A stretch of 64,000 bases of DNA from positions 248,001 through 312,000 of the forward strand of contig BQFW01000009.1 in NCBI GenBank assembly GCA_020891255.1. Direction: 5' to 3'. Origin of the DNA: Entomortierella parvispora E1425 (taxonomy: Eukaryota; Fungi; Mortierellomycota). Under the pieces are notes generated by a model, which worked only from the letters and a program-made list of their open reading frames with translations, did no database searches and was not told where the DNA came from. Each line of letters begins with the position of its first letter. Position 1 is the stretch's first letter. Of this stretch, positions 11,501 through 25,100 are shown piece by piece. The position numbers were made by a program, and so were the translations under genes.

Positions 11501-12457
11501 GAGAACGCTGGTGTCCACTCTGGCGACGCCACCCTGGTACTTCCTTCTCGTGACATCAACCCAGACACCAAGTCCAAGCTGAAGACTATTGCCGAGAAGC
11601 TGGCAAAAGCCTTCCAAATTACCGGTCCATTCAATATGCAGATTATCCACAAGCCATCGAACGTCGCCGGTCAAGAACCAGTCCTAAAGGTTATTGAGTG
11701 CAACATTCGTGCATCCCGGTCTTTCCCATTTGTGTCCAAAGTTCTTGGCCATAACTTCATTACTACCGCTACCCACGCACTCTGCGACAAGGATGTGCCA
11801 GCTCCTCAAGATTTGATGGCCAAGGATTATGACTATCAAGCTGTCAAGGTTCCTCAGTTTTCTTGGACCCGTCTTGGAGGGGCTGATCCTTTCCTGGGCG
11901 TTGAAATGGCGTCAACTGGAGAGGTGGCATGTTTCGGGCGAGACAAGGAGGAAGCCTACCTTACCGCCATCCAAAGTGTTCAAAACTTCAAGCTCCCTGT
12001 GCCGCATTCAAGTGTTCTCTTGAGCTCAGACGAATTAACAACCCCAGAGGATCTCGGAAGCATTGGAAAGGGTCTCAAGCAATATGGAGTCAATGTTGTG
12101 ACGATGTCAAAACACACACAGAAGAACTTGGAAAAGTTTGGGGTCCCCTGCAAGTACATTGCAGCACCTGACAGTCTGCCAAAGATGCACAAGGTTATGG
12201 CAGGAGAGAACGTACAGATGGTGATTTCACTGGCTAGGAGCCGCGCACTAGATGTCACCGACAAGGAGTACATGATTCGTCGCGCAGGTGTTGATTCTGG
12301 AATCTCTCTGATCAACGACGAAAAGTGTGGTGTCCTCTTTGTAAACTCTATCAACAAGAACGTGGAGCGCAAGAATGCCCTGGTTGAGAGTAAGGAAGCA
12401 ACCGCCATCCCCGCAGAAGTCAAGTCTTGGGCGGAATTTGTGGGAGGTCGTTACTAG
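8518..12457 (+). CDS. CPA2: Carbamoyl-phosphate synthase, arginine-specific large subunit, with a likely mitochondrial presequence (4 exons)
   Basis: [26 protein letters not shown], two ATP-grasp halves ([24 protein letters not shown]) and an MGS-like C-terminus. The N-terminal about 120 aa are Ser/Leu/Arg-rich and lack acidic residues. Confidence 0.96.
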
Positions 12458-13288
12458 TAGTCTCATGCTCCACTCCCAAGCATGATCTACAGTTTGCATC
12501 TATCCACCTATCCATCCACACTTTATTTTTTTTTTCTTTTTCTTTTTTTTTGGTTTTTGGATTTTTTTCAAGATTCAATTCTTTTTAGTTTTACGTGCTG
12601 TTGCTCCTTTATTGTGTCGTTTGTTCGCTTCTTCTTTTGGTCGAGAAGACAGCAACAGGGTCAGGCCACGGTCAAACTCTCTCCTTTTGGTCGAGGAGTT
12701 AAAGATTGACCATGGACGTTTATCACAAGGTCAACTATTTTCCAGTTCAAAAACCTGCCCACTTTTTCTTTGTTTTTGTCACTTCAATATTCGATTATTG
12801 TTTACTTTCTTTTGGTCGGGAAAGGACATCTAGGGCTGGCGATCTATTACACCGGCTCTAGTACATAGTCAAAGCCTCATGGGCTCATGAGGTTTTCTAG
12901 TTGACCTAGGGGACAGCGCTCTATAATAAAAAAAATTGAAACCCTGAATTCGGCGATCCTCCGTTGCAACGCGTGAACACCTAGCAAGAATGATTTACAC
13001 AGAACCGAAGATCGAGTTGTCTGCTTTGTCCTTTAGGTATTGTGGATGCACTTTGTTTAAGAAAACCCGCCCTAATTCCGCCGGAGTGCTTGGCTGTTCA
13101 CACTTGTCTGTTCAAATCTGGACGACTGCTGTGGTCCGTGCATTGAGGCGGCTCCTTTTTTTGTTCTCATTGACCCCATTCCAGTGTTTGTCTATTCTCC
13201 ATCTTGCCATCCTTTCCAGCGTTTCATCTTTCCTTCCCACATTTTCTCTCTCATCAGCATCACCACCTTTTCATTCACAGCATACTTC

Positions 13289-15364
13289 ATGTCTTCTAGG
13301 ACACCAAGCATCTATAGTGATGCACCGGAAATACCCACGGACGAGTCCGTGGAAGACATGGTACAGCCTGTGGACACCACTCCAGACATCACTCACCAAA
13401 TGCCACCCGTCAACAGCGACCATCTTACAAGGCCATCTAATGGGTCGCAGTCGGATTCCATCGCTGACTCAGCTGGGGACTCTACTGGAAGACAAAGGCA
13501 CTATGCTGCAGAGCAAGAGTTTGGCGCTTCACGAAGACAATCTTCTGCCATCTCAACAGAGGCCGAACCTGGCAATCAAATGGATATAGATGACGAGCAA
13601 CAAGAGGAATCTCAGGAGGATATGCAAATGCATGTTGATCAAACCCCTTCACAGTCGCTGGGGGCTTTTTCTGAAGCAGTATCGTCACCCTCTGCTTCCC
13701 AGCCTGTCGCTGATTCCATCCCAAATGTGCCCCAGCCGGCCACCATCAGTTCGGCTGCAACTAACCCAATTGGACGGACAGTTTCTGTGCCCGTTATTGA
13801 CGAGAAGGCTCAGGCAGAACTGCGGCGAAAAATCATGGAAATCCAGCGAGATCCAAAAATCAGCTTTCCTGAAAAAGCGGGATTGATCCAGGTGAGCATT
13901 CAGCTCTCTTACTCGCAGCAGCTGTTTCATCGCTCGAATATTAATTCACAAGAGAGGATGGTCGTGACGTGTACTCTAGAAACTCATGTCAGGAAAATGG
14001 CGAGAGTCACAAAAGACGACAGAGAGTTCCAATGAGGGCTCTGGGGACGCTTCCGAGGACGACCTAAAAGCTACATATTATGTGAGTGTCATGTCGTCAT
14101 TGTCGTTGCACTTGTTCGTTTTACGACCTTATCCCTAAAGTTTTTCTCTGTGCGTAGAACGAGGAACAAAATCAATTAGGCTGTAAGCACTACAGACGTG
14201 GATGCAAGCTGAAGGCGAACTGCTGTGGAAAATGGTTTAATTGCAGATTCTGTCACGACGATGTGAGCGATCATGTCATCATTCGGTATGTTTTATCGCT
14301 AGCAATGCCACTTTTTATTATGATTATATTTCTCACTCTCACTTTCTTGGTGTACTTAACAGGAGCGAAACCAAGCAAATGCTTTGCATGCATTGTAAAA
14401 CGATCCAGGATGCTGCTCAAACGTGCTACTCTTGCAAGGCTCGTTTGGCTGTCTATTATTGCGATGTATGCAAACTTTGGGATGACTCTCCCCAGAAACC
14501 CATATACCATTGTGATGACTGCGGTATCTGCAGGATTGGTCAAGGCCTTGGACGAGACTATTTCCATTGTAAGAAATGCAACGTCTGCATGACTATTAGT
14601 CTGCAAGGGAATCATAAGTGTATTGAGCGGAATCTTGAGTGCGACTGTCCAATCTGTGGCGAGTACATGTTTACCAGTACAACGACGGTTATCTTCATGG
14701 TAATGCGACTATATTATGGGATATTCGAACAAGTCCTTAAGCTTCTACTACTCATGGAACTGACCTCTGCATCAAATTGTAGCCCTGCGGACACTGTATC
14801 CATGCTAAGTGTCATGAAGAGTATACGAAAACGTCATACCAGTGTCCTACATGCTGGAAATCTCTCGGGGACATGACTGCCTATTATTCCAAGATCGACA
14901 GTTTGTTAGCTGAGCAGACGATGCCACCTGACTATGCCAACATCTACTCGATCGTGCTATGCAACGACTGTGAAGTGAAATCGGAAGCACCATATCATTT
15001 TCTGTATCACAAGTGCGACAAGTGCAAGGGCTATAATACAAAGGTTTTGGAAACGTTCCGACGCATAGCCGATGGCCAAGTTCAAGCAGTGGAGAATGCA
15101 GCTTCTGGAGGTCCATCTGGTACAGCACCAGAAGATAACGCGTCTGGAAGCAATCACAGTTTTGGGGGTCATTCCTCCGCAGCAACTGATCTGCCCATGG
15201 GTGCCACAGGTGTACCAGGCGTTTCTGGAGGATCGTCGAATGTGATCTCAGGAACAGCCCCGGTAAATCTGGCTAATGTAGAACGATCGCGATCGCCGAT
15301 TATGGATGGAAATGCATCTGGGGACATGTCCATGGCGGGCATCTCAGGCAACTCTGCCCCTTAG
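13289..15364 (+). CDS. RCHY1: CHY zinc finger / RING-H2 / zinc-ribbon E3 ligase (Pirh2-like) with a low-complexity N-terminus
   Basis: GCKHYRRGCKLKANCCGKWFNCRFCHDD, YYCDVCKLWDD, CPICGEYMFTS…PCGHCIH, CNDCEVKSEAPYHFLYHKC…YNT, reassembled across GT-AG introns. Confidence 0.92.
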
Positions 15365-15524
15365 ATTGGAGCATTACGAAAAATTAAAAAAATAAAAAAA
15401 AGCCTCAATTTCATGTTCAGTCTCTCTTTTCTTTGATTCATCTGCTCACCTCTTTTTTTTTTCCCTTTCTTTTTCTTCTCCCCAAGCACAAACAAGCGCA
15501 AGCCAAGGCAACACTCTTCTTCCA

Positions 15525-17649
15525 ATGGCAAACAATTCTTACCCAACTGGGACTACCGTCTTTGCCAAGCTGAAAGGATATCCTTGGTGGCCTGCCCGCG
15601 TAAGAGCCGCGTTCATCGCCGCCACCTTTACATCTGTCTTCTCATGGACTGAGAATCTCATAACTGACCATCGAACCCCTTTGCTCATTAGATCGAGGGT
15701 GAAGACGATCTCCCCGAGAATGTGAAGGCGAAAAAACCGAAGCAACGCCCTGTTTGGCCTGTTTTCTTCTTTGGGTCTTACGATTAGTAAGTTGCAATAC
15801 AATGCGCTGGACTGACGAGAACAACACTAAATGAAAGAAAACCAATCAAGGAAGAGAGCAGGATCGATTCGCGAGGCGTAATCTGAGCATGGATGTATGA
15901 TCGGAGAACATGGCAATGAGGAGCGATGTGACGATCATCAATAGTGGCAACAATCGCGCGCTGTTGTAGACAATTGCTTCATCGAGGAGGAACAGGACCA
16001 TAGTCGAGGATGATGGTACAATGGGAATGTCCCCCTGCAACAATATAGCCTCACCGTAGACAACTAACTACTGGGTGACGCAATAGCCAGCAAATACGGC
16101 AAGGAGATTCACGAATGGCTGAACCTCAAAGTTACTTGAAGATCTTCGATCGCACCATCTTTCTGACAAAGACTTGCTCCTTTTTATGCTATAGTGGTTG
16201 GTTTGGTCCTAACGAGATCAAGTCGTTTGACCCCGCTTCAGCTGAAAAAGCAAAGCAAGCACTAAAGAAGGGCAATGCATTGAAAGTGGCGATTAGCGAA
16301 GCACTTGATCCCAGTCTTGTAGTCGCTAGGAATGAGGCTGGCGATTCGGATGGTTCGGATGACGAGGACAAGGAAGTCGATCGTGCCTCTTCACCAGAAC
16401 AGAAGGTAACACCAGTGAAGACAAAAGCAACAGGCACCAAAAAAAGGTCGGCAGGTCGGGAGCAAGATGATTCCACAGAGTTTGACGAGCCTCGTGTGGA
16501 TAAAAAAAGGCGGCCAAGCAACTCTGAAGATCAAGATTTGAAGCGCTCTGCTGTAAAGCGATCGCCTTCAGTCAAACCAACGGCAAAGGTGGCCGTTCAG
16601 AAAAAAAAGGCTTCGGCGGAAGCTCACACTCGGCAGGATTCTGACACGAAGAGCATAGACGACAATATTGCCACCACACCGACAAGCAGCAGCCTCTCCC
16701 GAAAGTCGCAAGATGACTTGGAGAATAATGGCGAGCAAGCTAGAGCAAAGAAAAAGATCAGAAGTACGTGAAAATGTTTCTAATGGTAATGTAACAATTC
16801 TACCAATATAACTGAGTGCGATTCTAACTTCTTTCCCTCCTCCCCCTTTTTTTTAGCTGGCCAACCCATGGAGCGCCTTCTGAAACTTCGACACAAACTC
16901 CAGAAGCTACTCTTGGTGGATGGATTGTCTGATGATACTTTGGTTCAAGTATGAGCCTTTCTTCTTCCTTTGTTTTGGCAATACTGTTGATCCGACTGTA
17001 TATACTTAACTACTATCTATGACCATAGAACCTGGATCGTGCGGACCCTGTTATGTCTGAAGTAGAGTCATTCGATATTGACTTGCAATTACTCAAGGTC
17101 AGTATTGACAACCGGTTTCTAATACTTATTTTGATAGTATAATTCATTCTAACATGCAGCGAAACTATGTTGTTGTCACTCGAATAGGACACTAAAATTG
17201 GACGATTGATGAAGAAAATCTCGTGCATGCAGTTCAGTCGTGATACGAATCACATCGTTGAGAGGTCAAACAAGTTGTTGAGGCAGTACAAGGCTATGAT
17301 GGACAAAGCCCTGGAGAATGGTGGAGCGGCCAGTCCTCGGGATAATGTACAGGAGGCCACGCGCGCCAATACAGAAGTGGCCGCACAACAATTGCATTCA
17401 AACCGAGAAGGGTTTGGCTCCACAGCTGCGCAGGTTAAAAGTTTGGGTCTTCCTCCATATTCGGGAGGGCCAGCTCCAGACGCAGTTGTTGCGGCGGTTA
17501 CCGCCATAGTTGAGCAAAACTCAAACGACGCTGCTGTCGCTGCGGCTGCAGCAATTGCCGATCTTGGTAGCCAAACCTCTTTGTCACTAGAACCTGCCGT
17601 CGTGGCGCCAGTGAAGCAGAAGGAGAGCCCAGGCGCAGCGACTGCGTAA
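15525..17649 (+). CDS. PWWP-domain chromatin protein with a C-terminal TFIIS-N-like helical domain (multi-exon)
   Basis: VFAKLKGYPWWPAR…PVFFFGSYDY…WF PWWP motif across exons. ERLLKLRHKLQKLLL and DTKIGRLMKKIS occur in the later exons. Confidence 0.85.
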
Positions 17650-18875
17650 AAGATCTATAAGGTGTTGTAGTTGTTCCTTTATAAAACTAGCTTCTGCTAA
17701 ACGCCGAGTCATTGAAGGATGTTTGAAGAAATAACATGAGGGATAACACAGAATGGGTTCCTTAGACGAGGAAGGTATGGAGATCATTCATAATCCATCA
17801 CCGCAGAGCGCAGATTTTATGAATATCGACGATTGCCTTCCCGCCAGTCCTTCTTCCTTGCTACCTGGCTTCCTCATCAATACGTGAACATGCTCTCTAC
17901 TATCCATCCAGTTTCACAGTGCACACATTTTTTTTCCGCTCAAGCAACGAAATTACAGCAGAGAGGCGACATAGTCAAGATAAGCAGCTGGACAACCAGG
18001 TGGAGTTTTTTTCCTGTCTTCCTCTTTTTATGTTGACCATAAAAATCCATAGTGACGGGGGGATGATAAGAGAGAACAGAGCGCCTTCCTGTCCTTGGTT
18101 GAGCTGGTCAGTTTTTTTTTCTTTGCTACGAGAGAGAGCCGGATATTATATTTCCACCCACAGCGCTAGGATATAGATATGCAGTACGTACAAAAGTATA
18201 ACAGCAAAAAAAAGGCAGTTTTGGGGGCACTGCAAGTGTTCACAGATGTGCTACTTACAGTATCTATGATGATGGTCTCAACCGCAAAGTTCATGCATGT
18301 AAACTGTTAGATATCTCTTATTTTTAATGCAAATAGGCATGGATCCGTGATGCCACCGTAGTACTGGTATACTGAGAGCCCTTAACACTGCCACACAACT
18401 CTTTTTTTTTCTGTTACCTTTTCTGACCATCCATCTTCCCCTCCCAGGTACAGTATCCACCCGCTCTCTGCCAGTGTTTCCTCCTGCCTCTGCTCCTGTT
18501 TCCCTCTTCTGTTGGTGCTCAAATAATTTTCTAACGGTCACAGGCCCACGTCCTTCTGTCTGGGCACCAAGGCTGCAGCGTCTGTAAGGGCAGCAATAGA
18601 GGCATGTGCCTGGTCTAGCAACGGTTCCTTTTTTTTTGCAGTTTCTACCTGTTAAGCGCTTGAAATTTGTCGCGCGCACCATTCCTGTTGGAGTAGCTGA
18701 TCTACATGGATGTTGAAAAGGACCAGGATATATTTCGAGGCCAGAACGACTACCAATTCGAGCGGCAGTTAAACGCGTTTTTTTTTTTCTTTTTTGTCCA
18801 AGTACTTTACCTCACATTATTAACCTCTTTCCATCATCTTTTCCACTAGATGTTCACATGGAAGCCAGATGACGG

Positions 18876-19914
18876 TGTGGTGTAGTAGATGTGGAGTCCC
18901 GGTCCACATCCATCGGAGTAGAGATATATTTTCAGTAGCATTTATTATTTTGTTTAGTTTCAGTTTTTTTTTCTATAAAGAAGGGAGCAAAATCCATTTT
19001 GCTCCTGGTTGCCTTTTTCCTTTACGATTCCTGCCAGTACACTTTTGTTGAACCCTTCAGAACACAAACATACATCCCCCCCTTCCTGCCCGATATCCCC
19101 TTTGCAGCAGCAGCAAGCTCGACGCCTTAATTCCGATTGCTGAGACTATTAGTAGCTAGTCTAAACCTCCTCCCCCCCCTACCTTTGGATATCACAGACC
19201 TATTGCGTTCTGTTGATCGACCTTGTACACTCACAAGTTACGATCTTCCCCGTCCTCGACAAGTCCCGTCAAGAACCTCGGCCAACCACTTTTCCGTGTC
19301 CTTGCTCACTTACGAGGTACCAACAATGTCTTGTCTCTTTTGAGTGGACTTGTACGATCTTGGCATCCCATCCTGAGGCCTTAACTGGCGCTTGGGCATC
19401 CTGAGGCCTTAACTGGTGCTTGGGAACCTCCCTTATCTTCTCGTCGCCTTCCCTCGAGTCCCTCCTGAACCCTCAGTTAGGAGGCCTTGTCCCCTTTCCC
19501 TGGATAGAATATTTCTGGCCGTGCTCTTACTGATTAGATCCCTTCAATCCTCCCTTGTTGTTGTTATTAGTTAGTATAGTACCTAGTGTTCGCCTCCGTA
19601 GTTGTTTATTCTCCTGTTTGGTTACCATTAGGACGTGCTTAGCTCATTGGTATGTCCTTATTAGTCTCCTTTCAGTTTCGTTCCTGCTTATATCGTGATC
19701 CTGTTGCTCATTCTCCTCCTCCTGTCTATCCAGTTCATTCTCTCGAGATTGTATCTGATCATATAGCAGTGCTGTGCTTGATCCTTGTGGCACAGAGAGC
19801 AAAGTCCCTATCATATGTAAGCAGCGAGCTTTGTTCGTTATTATTCTTTTCGTTATCATTTTCACCTCCAGCCTTTGCTGACGTTAGACTATACTTACTT
19901 TAGACAACATCACA
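18876..19914 (+). mobile_element. LTR-like unit A1 (1039 bp, TG..CA) with mismatched flanks acgg/tcgg
   Basis: Begins tgtggtgtagtaga and ends acaacatcaca. Near-identical to four other full copies in the window. Confidence 0.9.
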
Positions 19915-21076
19915 TCGGCACCGGAAGCAGGCACCTGTGCGTATCAATTCGGCTCGGATTTCAGGAGTAAGCTTCTTTGGGAGCTGGTTGTATCGTCCAA
20001 AAGCGTTGATATTGGTGGCATTGGCTCCTTGGAAGAGCGCAGCCATTTGAGCCATGAAAACGTGCATGGAGTCGAGGTCCATAGGTGTAGGGCCAGAGGT
20101 TGGGGGCGGGGGAGTGGGTTGGGTTGGAAGGTCTTGTGGGTGTGTAGGGTGCAGGATACTGTGGATGATGGTGGCATGGGTAATGGCCTCGTCTAGAGTC
20201 TTCGGTTGAAGCAGTCGAACCTGGGTGCTGGTCGCGGGATCAAGTCCCCGCAGGAACTCGAAAAGGATTGTGCCATCGTCAATCTTGGGAATCAACCGAG
20301 TACAAGAGCGGAACTCGCTGGTGTAAGTGGCTACAGATCGTTTGCCCTGGGTGACAGTAGTGAGTTTTCGTCGGGCAGCGTGGATGGCGTCAGGGGGCGT
20401 GAATCGTTTTTCAAACTGGTCGCGGAACGTGTCCCAATCTGTTGCTAGGGTGAGACCAGAGACGCGCCACCACGAGCGGGCCTCGAGGGTGAGGGTGAGG
20501 ACGGTAAATTTTAAAGTACTCCTCGTAGCTGTCCAGGAAATTGAGGCAAAGGTCGGCGTCGATTTTGCCAGTGTATGGTTCGGGTTTCTGGGGTTTGAGA
20601 ACAGCAGCGAGTGTTCGTACGCGATCGTTCGTGGCCGCGGCGTCTTCTGCTGTCTCGGGTGGTCTGATGGTATTATCGGTAGAGCCAGAGTTATTGGCAT
20701 CATCTTCTCCGGCCATGGTGTTATCGCTGGAGTCTTGGGGAGGTCAGGAATTCAAAGTATCGTAGGATCGTGGAATGCAGTGTGATCAGGTGGAGTCTGG
20801 GAGGTTCGAGGGTCTTGTCTGTGGCGGTGGAATCGGAGGGGTCGGGGATCGAGGAAACCTTTGCTACCAATGCAATAGTAAAGGCCAAGGGAAGAGCACG
20901 AAGATTGAATGATGTTTATTGATATGAAGTCCGGGGTATTTATACTAAAGGTTGTGGTGGTGGCAATGGTGGCAATGGTGGTAGTGGTTGTAGTTGACCC
21001 CTTGTGGCTTTGCTGTGAGTGAAGGCGCTGCACGGTCAGTCTGATTTGACTGTTGCACGAGGTCTATTTGTTTGCA
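19915..21076 (-). mobile_element. Ty3/gypsy element F1: 5' LTR (20871-21076), PBS and gag; 3' half missing
   Basis: LTR tgcaaac…tattgca with TATA and aataaa, followed by PBS tggtagcaaagg. Gag motifs (FEKRFTPPD, SVATYTSEFR, PMDLD, CFRCR) are cut at unit A1. Confidence 0.85.
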
Positions 21077-22145
21077 ACTGACACCTGAAGATAAACAATA
21101 TCTCATCAAGAACAACGGTTGCTTCCGCTGCCGCAAGATCAATGCCGGTCACTACGCCACGTCCTGTCCTGGACCTGTATCTGTTAACAACATGACATCT
21201 TCTAACGAGGGCGGCTCCCCTTCGGGAAATGCCCCCGGCAACTAAGGTCGGTCCGGACCTTAGCTGCCGAAGCTGAACCTCTTTGTCACGCCAGTGGCGG
21301 AGGGGGATCCAGCACTCCAAAGCTAAGTAACTCAAATAAAGCTTCTCATGATTCTGAACCCCAAAAACATGCCCCAAATCATGACAAGAGTGCTCACATC
21401 CCTGCCCCACTGGTTGACTCCTCGGACCAAAACCAAAACCAAAACCCTGTTGCCCCGTCCGCTCCTGTGCCTAGATCCTCCGCTACAGATGAACCGGACC
21501 CTCTCGCTGTTCCGCTGGCACCTAGTGTACCTCCGTCTAAAAGTCAGTTGAAGAAGTTGAAGCGTCGTGCGATTCGCCTACACCAATTCACTGTCGAGAA
21601 GGCGGAGAACCAACTGCTCACCTTCATTGGTTCGATCAACGGTCGCCCCGCGAAAGTTCTAATTGATGGTGGGGCAGAAGGTAATATTATCAGTTCCTCA
21701 TTTCAAAAACGCCATAAGCTTGATCGAACCCAATGCCTGCCCATTCCTATCCTCCTCCCCAACGGCACTTCCTCTATCACATCACACACCGTCCCCATCA
21801 CCCTCGACCGCGGCGACTACTCCGACACACTCAACCCCATCCTCTACCCTGTAACAGGAATACGGTGACATCACGCGATGTGTACCTACAAAAGCTAGAA
21901 ACTTGCAATATAATAAAACTCACTTCTTGTCTCCACTCCACCCTCGATACTCCTATTGCATGGTAGCAAAGGTTTTCGATCCACTGACCTCACTGACCCA
22001 CTGACCCTCCGACACACTTACACCCTGGACCCCCTCGTATCCCTCTTCGATCAACTCTCCCTCGACAATTCACCCAACATGGACCCCGCGACACCGTCAT
22101 TCAAATTCCCTCATCCAACACCGTTCAACGGCAAGCGCGACGGAT

Positions 22146-25100
22146 TGCAATAGGAGTATCGAGGGTGGAGTGGAGACAAGAAGTGAGTTTTATTATATTG
22201 CAAGTTTCTAGCTTTTGTAGGTACACATCGCGTGATGTCACCGTATTCCTGTTACACCTTCCCCTTTTAAAAAATGATACCGTGCTGCTCTTTGAAGGTT
22301 GTGACCAAGTCCATGCAGTTGTCCAAGTTGCTTACTGGGAGCCATTCGTCAGCTTCTCTGCCGTAGGCTTTGAATGACACTAGGAACTGGTGTTGTCTGC
22401 GGTAGAAGCGGTACTTTAAAATTTCGTCCACTTCATACTCCTCTTCGCCGTCAATTACAGTGGGATCCACGGGGGCAGGAGCTCGAATGCCGAGTGACTC
22501 CGGGGACGGCAAATAGGGTCGAAAAGGTATCAACGTGGAAGACGTCATGGATTTTGTAGAATGGTGGCAGCTCGACGCGGAAGGTGACAGGTGAGTGTTG
22601 CTCCAAAAGTGTGAACGGGCCAAGGAATTGAGGTCGAAGTTTATCGGCTGGTCTGATACTGTCGGCAGGGATGGTGATATTGGTGGCACGCAGCAGGACC
22701 TTATCGCCAACCTTGTACTTGTGATCCCGTCGTCGCTTGTTTGCCTGTTGCTCCTGATGATCCTGAGCACGCTGCAGAGCATCCTGGGCCAGGGCAAGGG
22801 TGGTCGCCTGCTCAGTCAGGAAGGTATCGACAGTGGGGACTGAGCTGCTGGGTTTACCGAGGAGAGCGGTGGGGGAGACGAGGGTGCTGGCCAGAGTTGA
22901 GGAAGAACGGCGAGTATCCCGTGGATGCATTGACAGCGTTGTTATAGGCGAATTCCAGTGACGGAAGGAGCTGGTCCCAGTTAGACTGCTTGTTGTCAAT
23001 AAACGCTCTCAACATAGTCTTCAGCGTCTTGTTCATAACCTCTGTCTGCCCATCCGTCTGTGGGTGGTAGGCGGTTGACAGTGCAAGTTTGACATCCATT
23101 AGCCTGTGCAACTCTTGCCAGAATCTACTAGTGAATCGAGTGTCGCGGTCCGAGATGATGGATGTTGGTGTGCCATGCAGCTTAAAGATGTTGTCAAAAA
23201 ACTGGTGGGCGACGTCGACGGCTGTGGCAGAGGTAGTACTGGGGACGAAGTGAGCTTGCTTGGTCAGCTTGTCGACAAACACTGTGATGGCGTCAAAATT
23301 TCTAGCTGTGGGCGGAAGAGGGCCGATGAAGTCCATGGTGACTACCTCCCAACGTTGCGAAGGAATGGGTAGCGGTTGCAAGAGTCCAGCTGGTCGATCC
23401 TGTGAGTCCTTGTTCCTTTGACACTTCTCGCAGGTTGCTACATACTGCTGGGTATCCTTGGCGATGTGGGGCCAATATACGAAACGGCGCAGGTTGTCGT
23501 AAGTCTTTTGAAAACCAAAGTGTCCAGCAGTGGCAGAGTCGTGAGCGTCGTGCAAGAGAGTGAGGCGGATCGGGGAGTGCCGAGGGATGGCCAGGGTGGT
23601 TGCTCCACGTCGGGTAAAGTAGAGGAGGTTGTTCTGGAATGAATATCCATTGGCAACCTTCCCATCCAGGCAATCCTTGTAGATGGGTCCAAGTCGAGGA
23701 TCGTCGTTGTAGTCCTGGACAAGCTGGTCACGGACGTCCGGGGACAGGGAGACGCTGAGGTTGTATAGCTCAACAGGGTCAGGCTCGCGGTAGTCCGGTC
23801 GTCGGGAGAGAGCGTCTGGGACGATGTTGTCAACTCCTCGCTTGTACTTGAAGTCAAAGTCGTATTCCTGAAGCAACTCCATCCAGCGAGCCTGTCGACG
23901 AGTGAGTTTGGGCTGTGTGGGGAAGTGGCGGAGGGTGGCGTGGTCGGTGTGGACGCTGAACTTGGTTCCATCGAGGTAGTAGCGCCAAGTGCGGAGCGCA
24001 TGGATGACAGCCAACAGTTCCTGCTCATGGACAGGGTAGTTCCGCTCAGCTGACTGCATTTTCCTGGAAGTGAATGCGATGGGATGGGTATTCCCTTCCC
24101 GGTCAGTCTGCAGCAGCACTGCACCGATGGCGAAACCGGATGCATCTGTTTCGACAAAGGTGAGAGATCAGGGTCGAAGATGCGGAGGACGGGGGCGGAG
24201 CAGATGGCGCGTTTGAGCTGAAGGAATGCAGATTGTTGTTCGTCGGTCCATTTGAAGGGAGTGTTGTTGGCGAGGAGGGAAGAGAGAGGGAGGGCAATCC
24301 CTGCAAAGCCCGATACGTACTGTTGATAAAATTGCGCAAGCCCCAAAAATTGCTGGACGTCCTTTGTGCTCTTGGGGGTGGGCCAGTCACTGATGGCTTT
24401 GCTGAGCCCGGCCGATGTTTTGATCCCGTCCTTCGTGATGGTGTGGCCCAAAAATTCAGTTTCGTCTTGCATGAAGGAGCACTTGCTCAATTTCGCGTAC
24501 AGACCGTTCTTGCGGAGGAGAGCCAGGACGCTTCGGAGATGCTGCAGGTGTTCTTTCTTTGTCTTGGAGTAGATCAACAGATCGTCGAGATACACGACAA
24601 CCCATTTGTCCAAGACTGGATCGAGCACTCGCAACATCATATTGGAGAACGAAGCAGGAGCGTTAGTAAGGCCAAAGGGAACAACATTGAACTCAAAGTG
24701 ACCATAGCGACAACGGAAGGCAGTCTTGTGTGTGTGTGGTTCAAAGATACGCTGCTGATGATAACCGGATAACAAGTCCAACTTGGAGTAATAGCGTGCT
24801 CCACGGAAGCGGTCAAGTAGCTCGTCGATACGGGGCAGCGGGTGTCTGTTCTTCCTGGTGATCTTGTTGAGGCCACGGTAGTCGACGCACATTCGGAGTG
24901 TGCCGTCCTTCTTCCGCACAAAGAGCACGGGGGCGCCATAGGGAGAGGTACTGGGTTTGATAAAACCTGCTGCTAGCAATTGGTCCAGTTGTTTGCGAAG
25001 TTCGTCAAGCTCGGCGATTGAAAGTCTAATGACAGGGCGGAAGGGTGGGTCGGCTGTCGGGTCGGTCTCGATCTTCATAGCATCACCACGGTCTGGGGGC

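Noticed and set aside
12875-12896. Small hairpin cctcatg-ggct-catgagg between CPA2 and RCHY1
   Set aside because: The stem is short with no supporting context.
15790-16195. Possible snoRNA in the unusually long (about 400 bp) PWWP intron
   Set aside because: I found no correctly ordered C/D boxes with a terminal stem and no clear H/ACA layout.
17700-18800. ORFs 17833-18176 and 18278-18682
   Set aside because: No domain and no coherent splice model; contains homopolymer-driven Lys/Phe runs.
19137-19903. Short ORFs repeated in every A copy (e.g. MSLLVSFQFR…, MKMITKR…) as accessory or env genes
   Set aside because: They have no recognisable domain, several depend on non-ATG starts, and some vary with C-run length between copies. 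Their recurrence only reflects copy identity.
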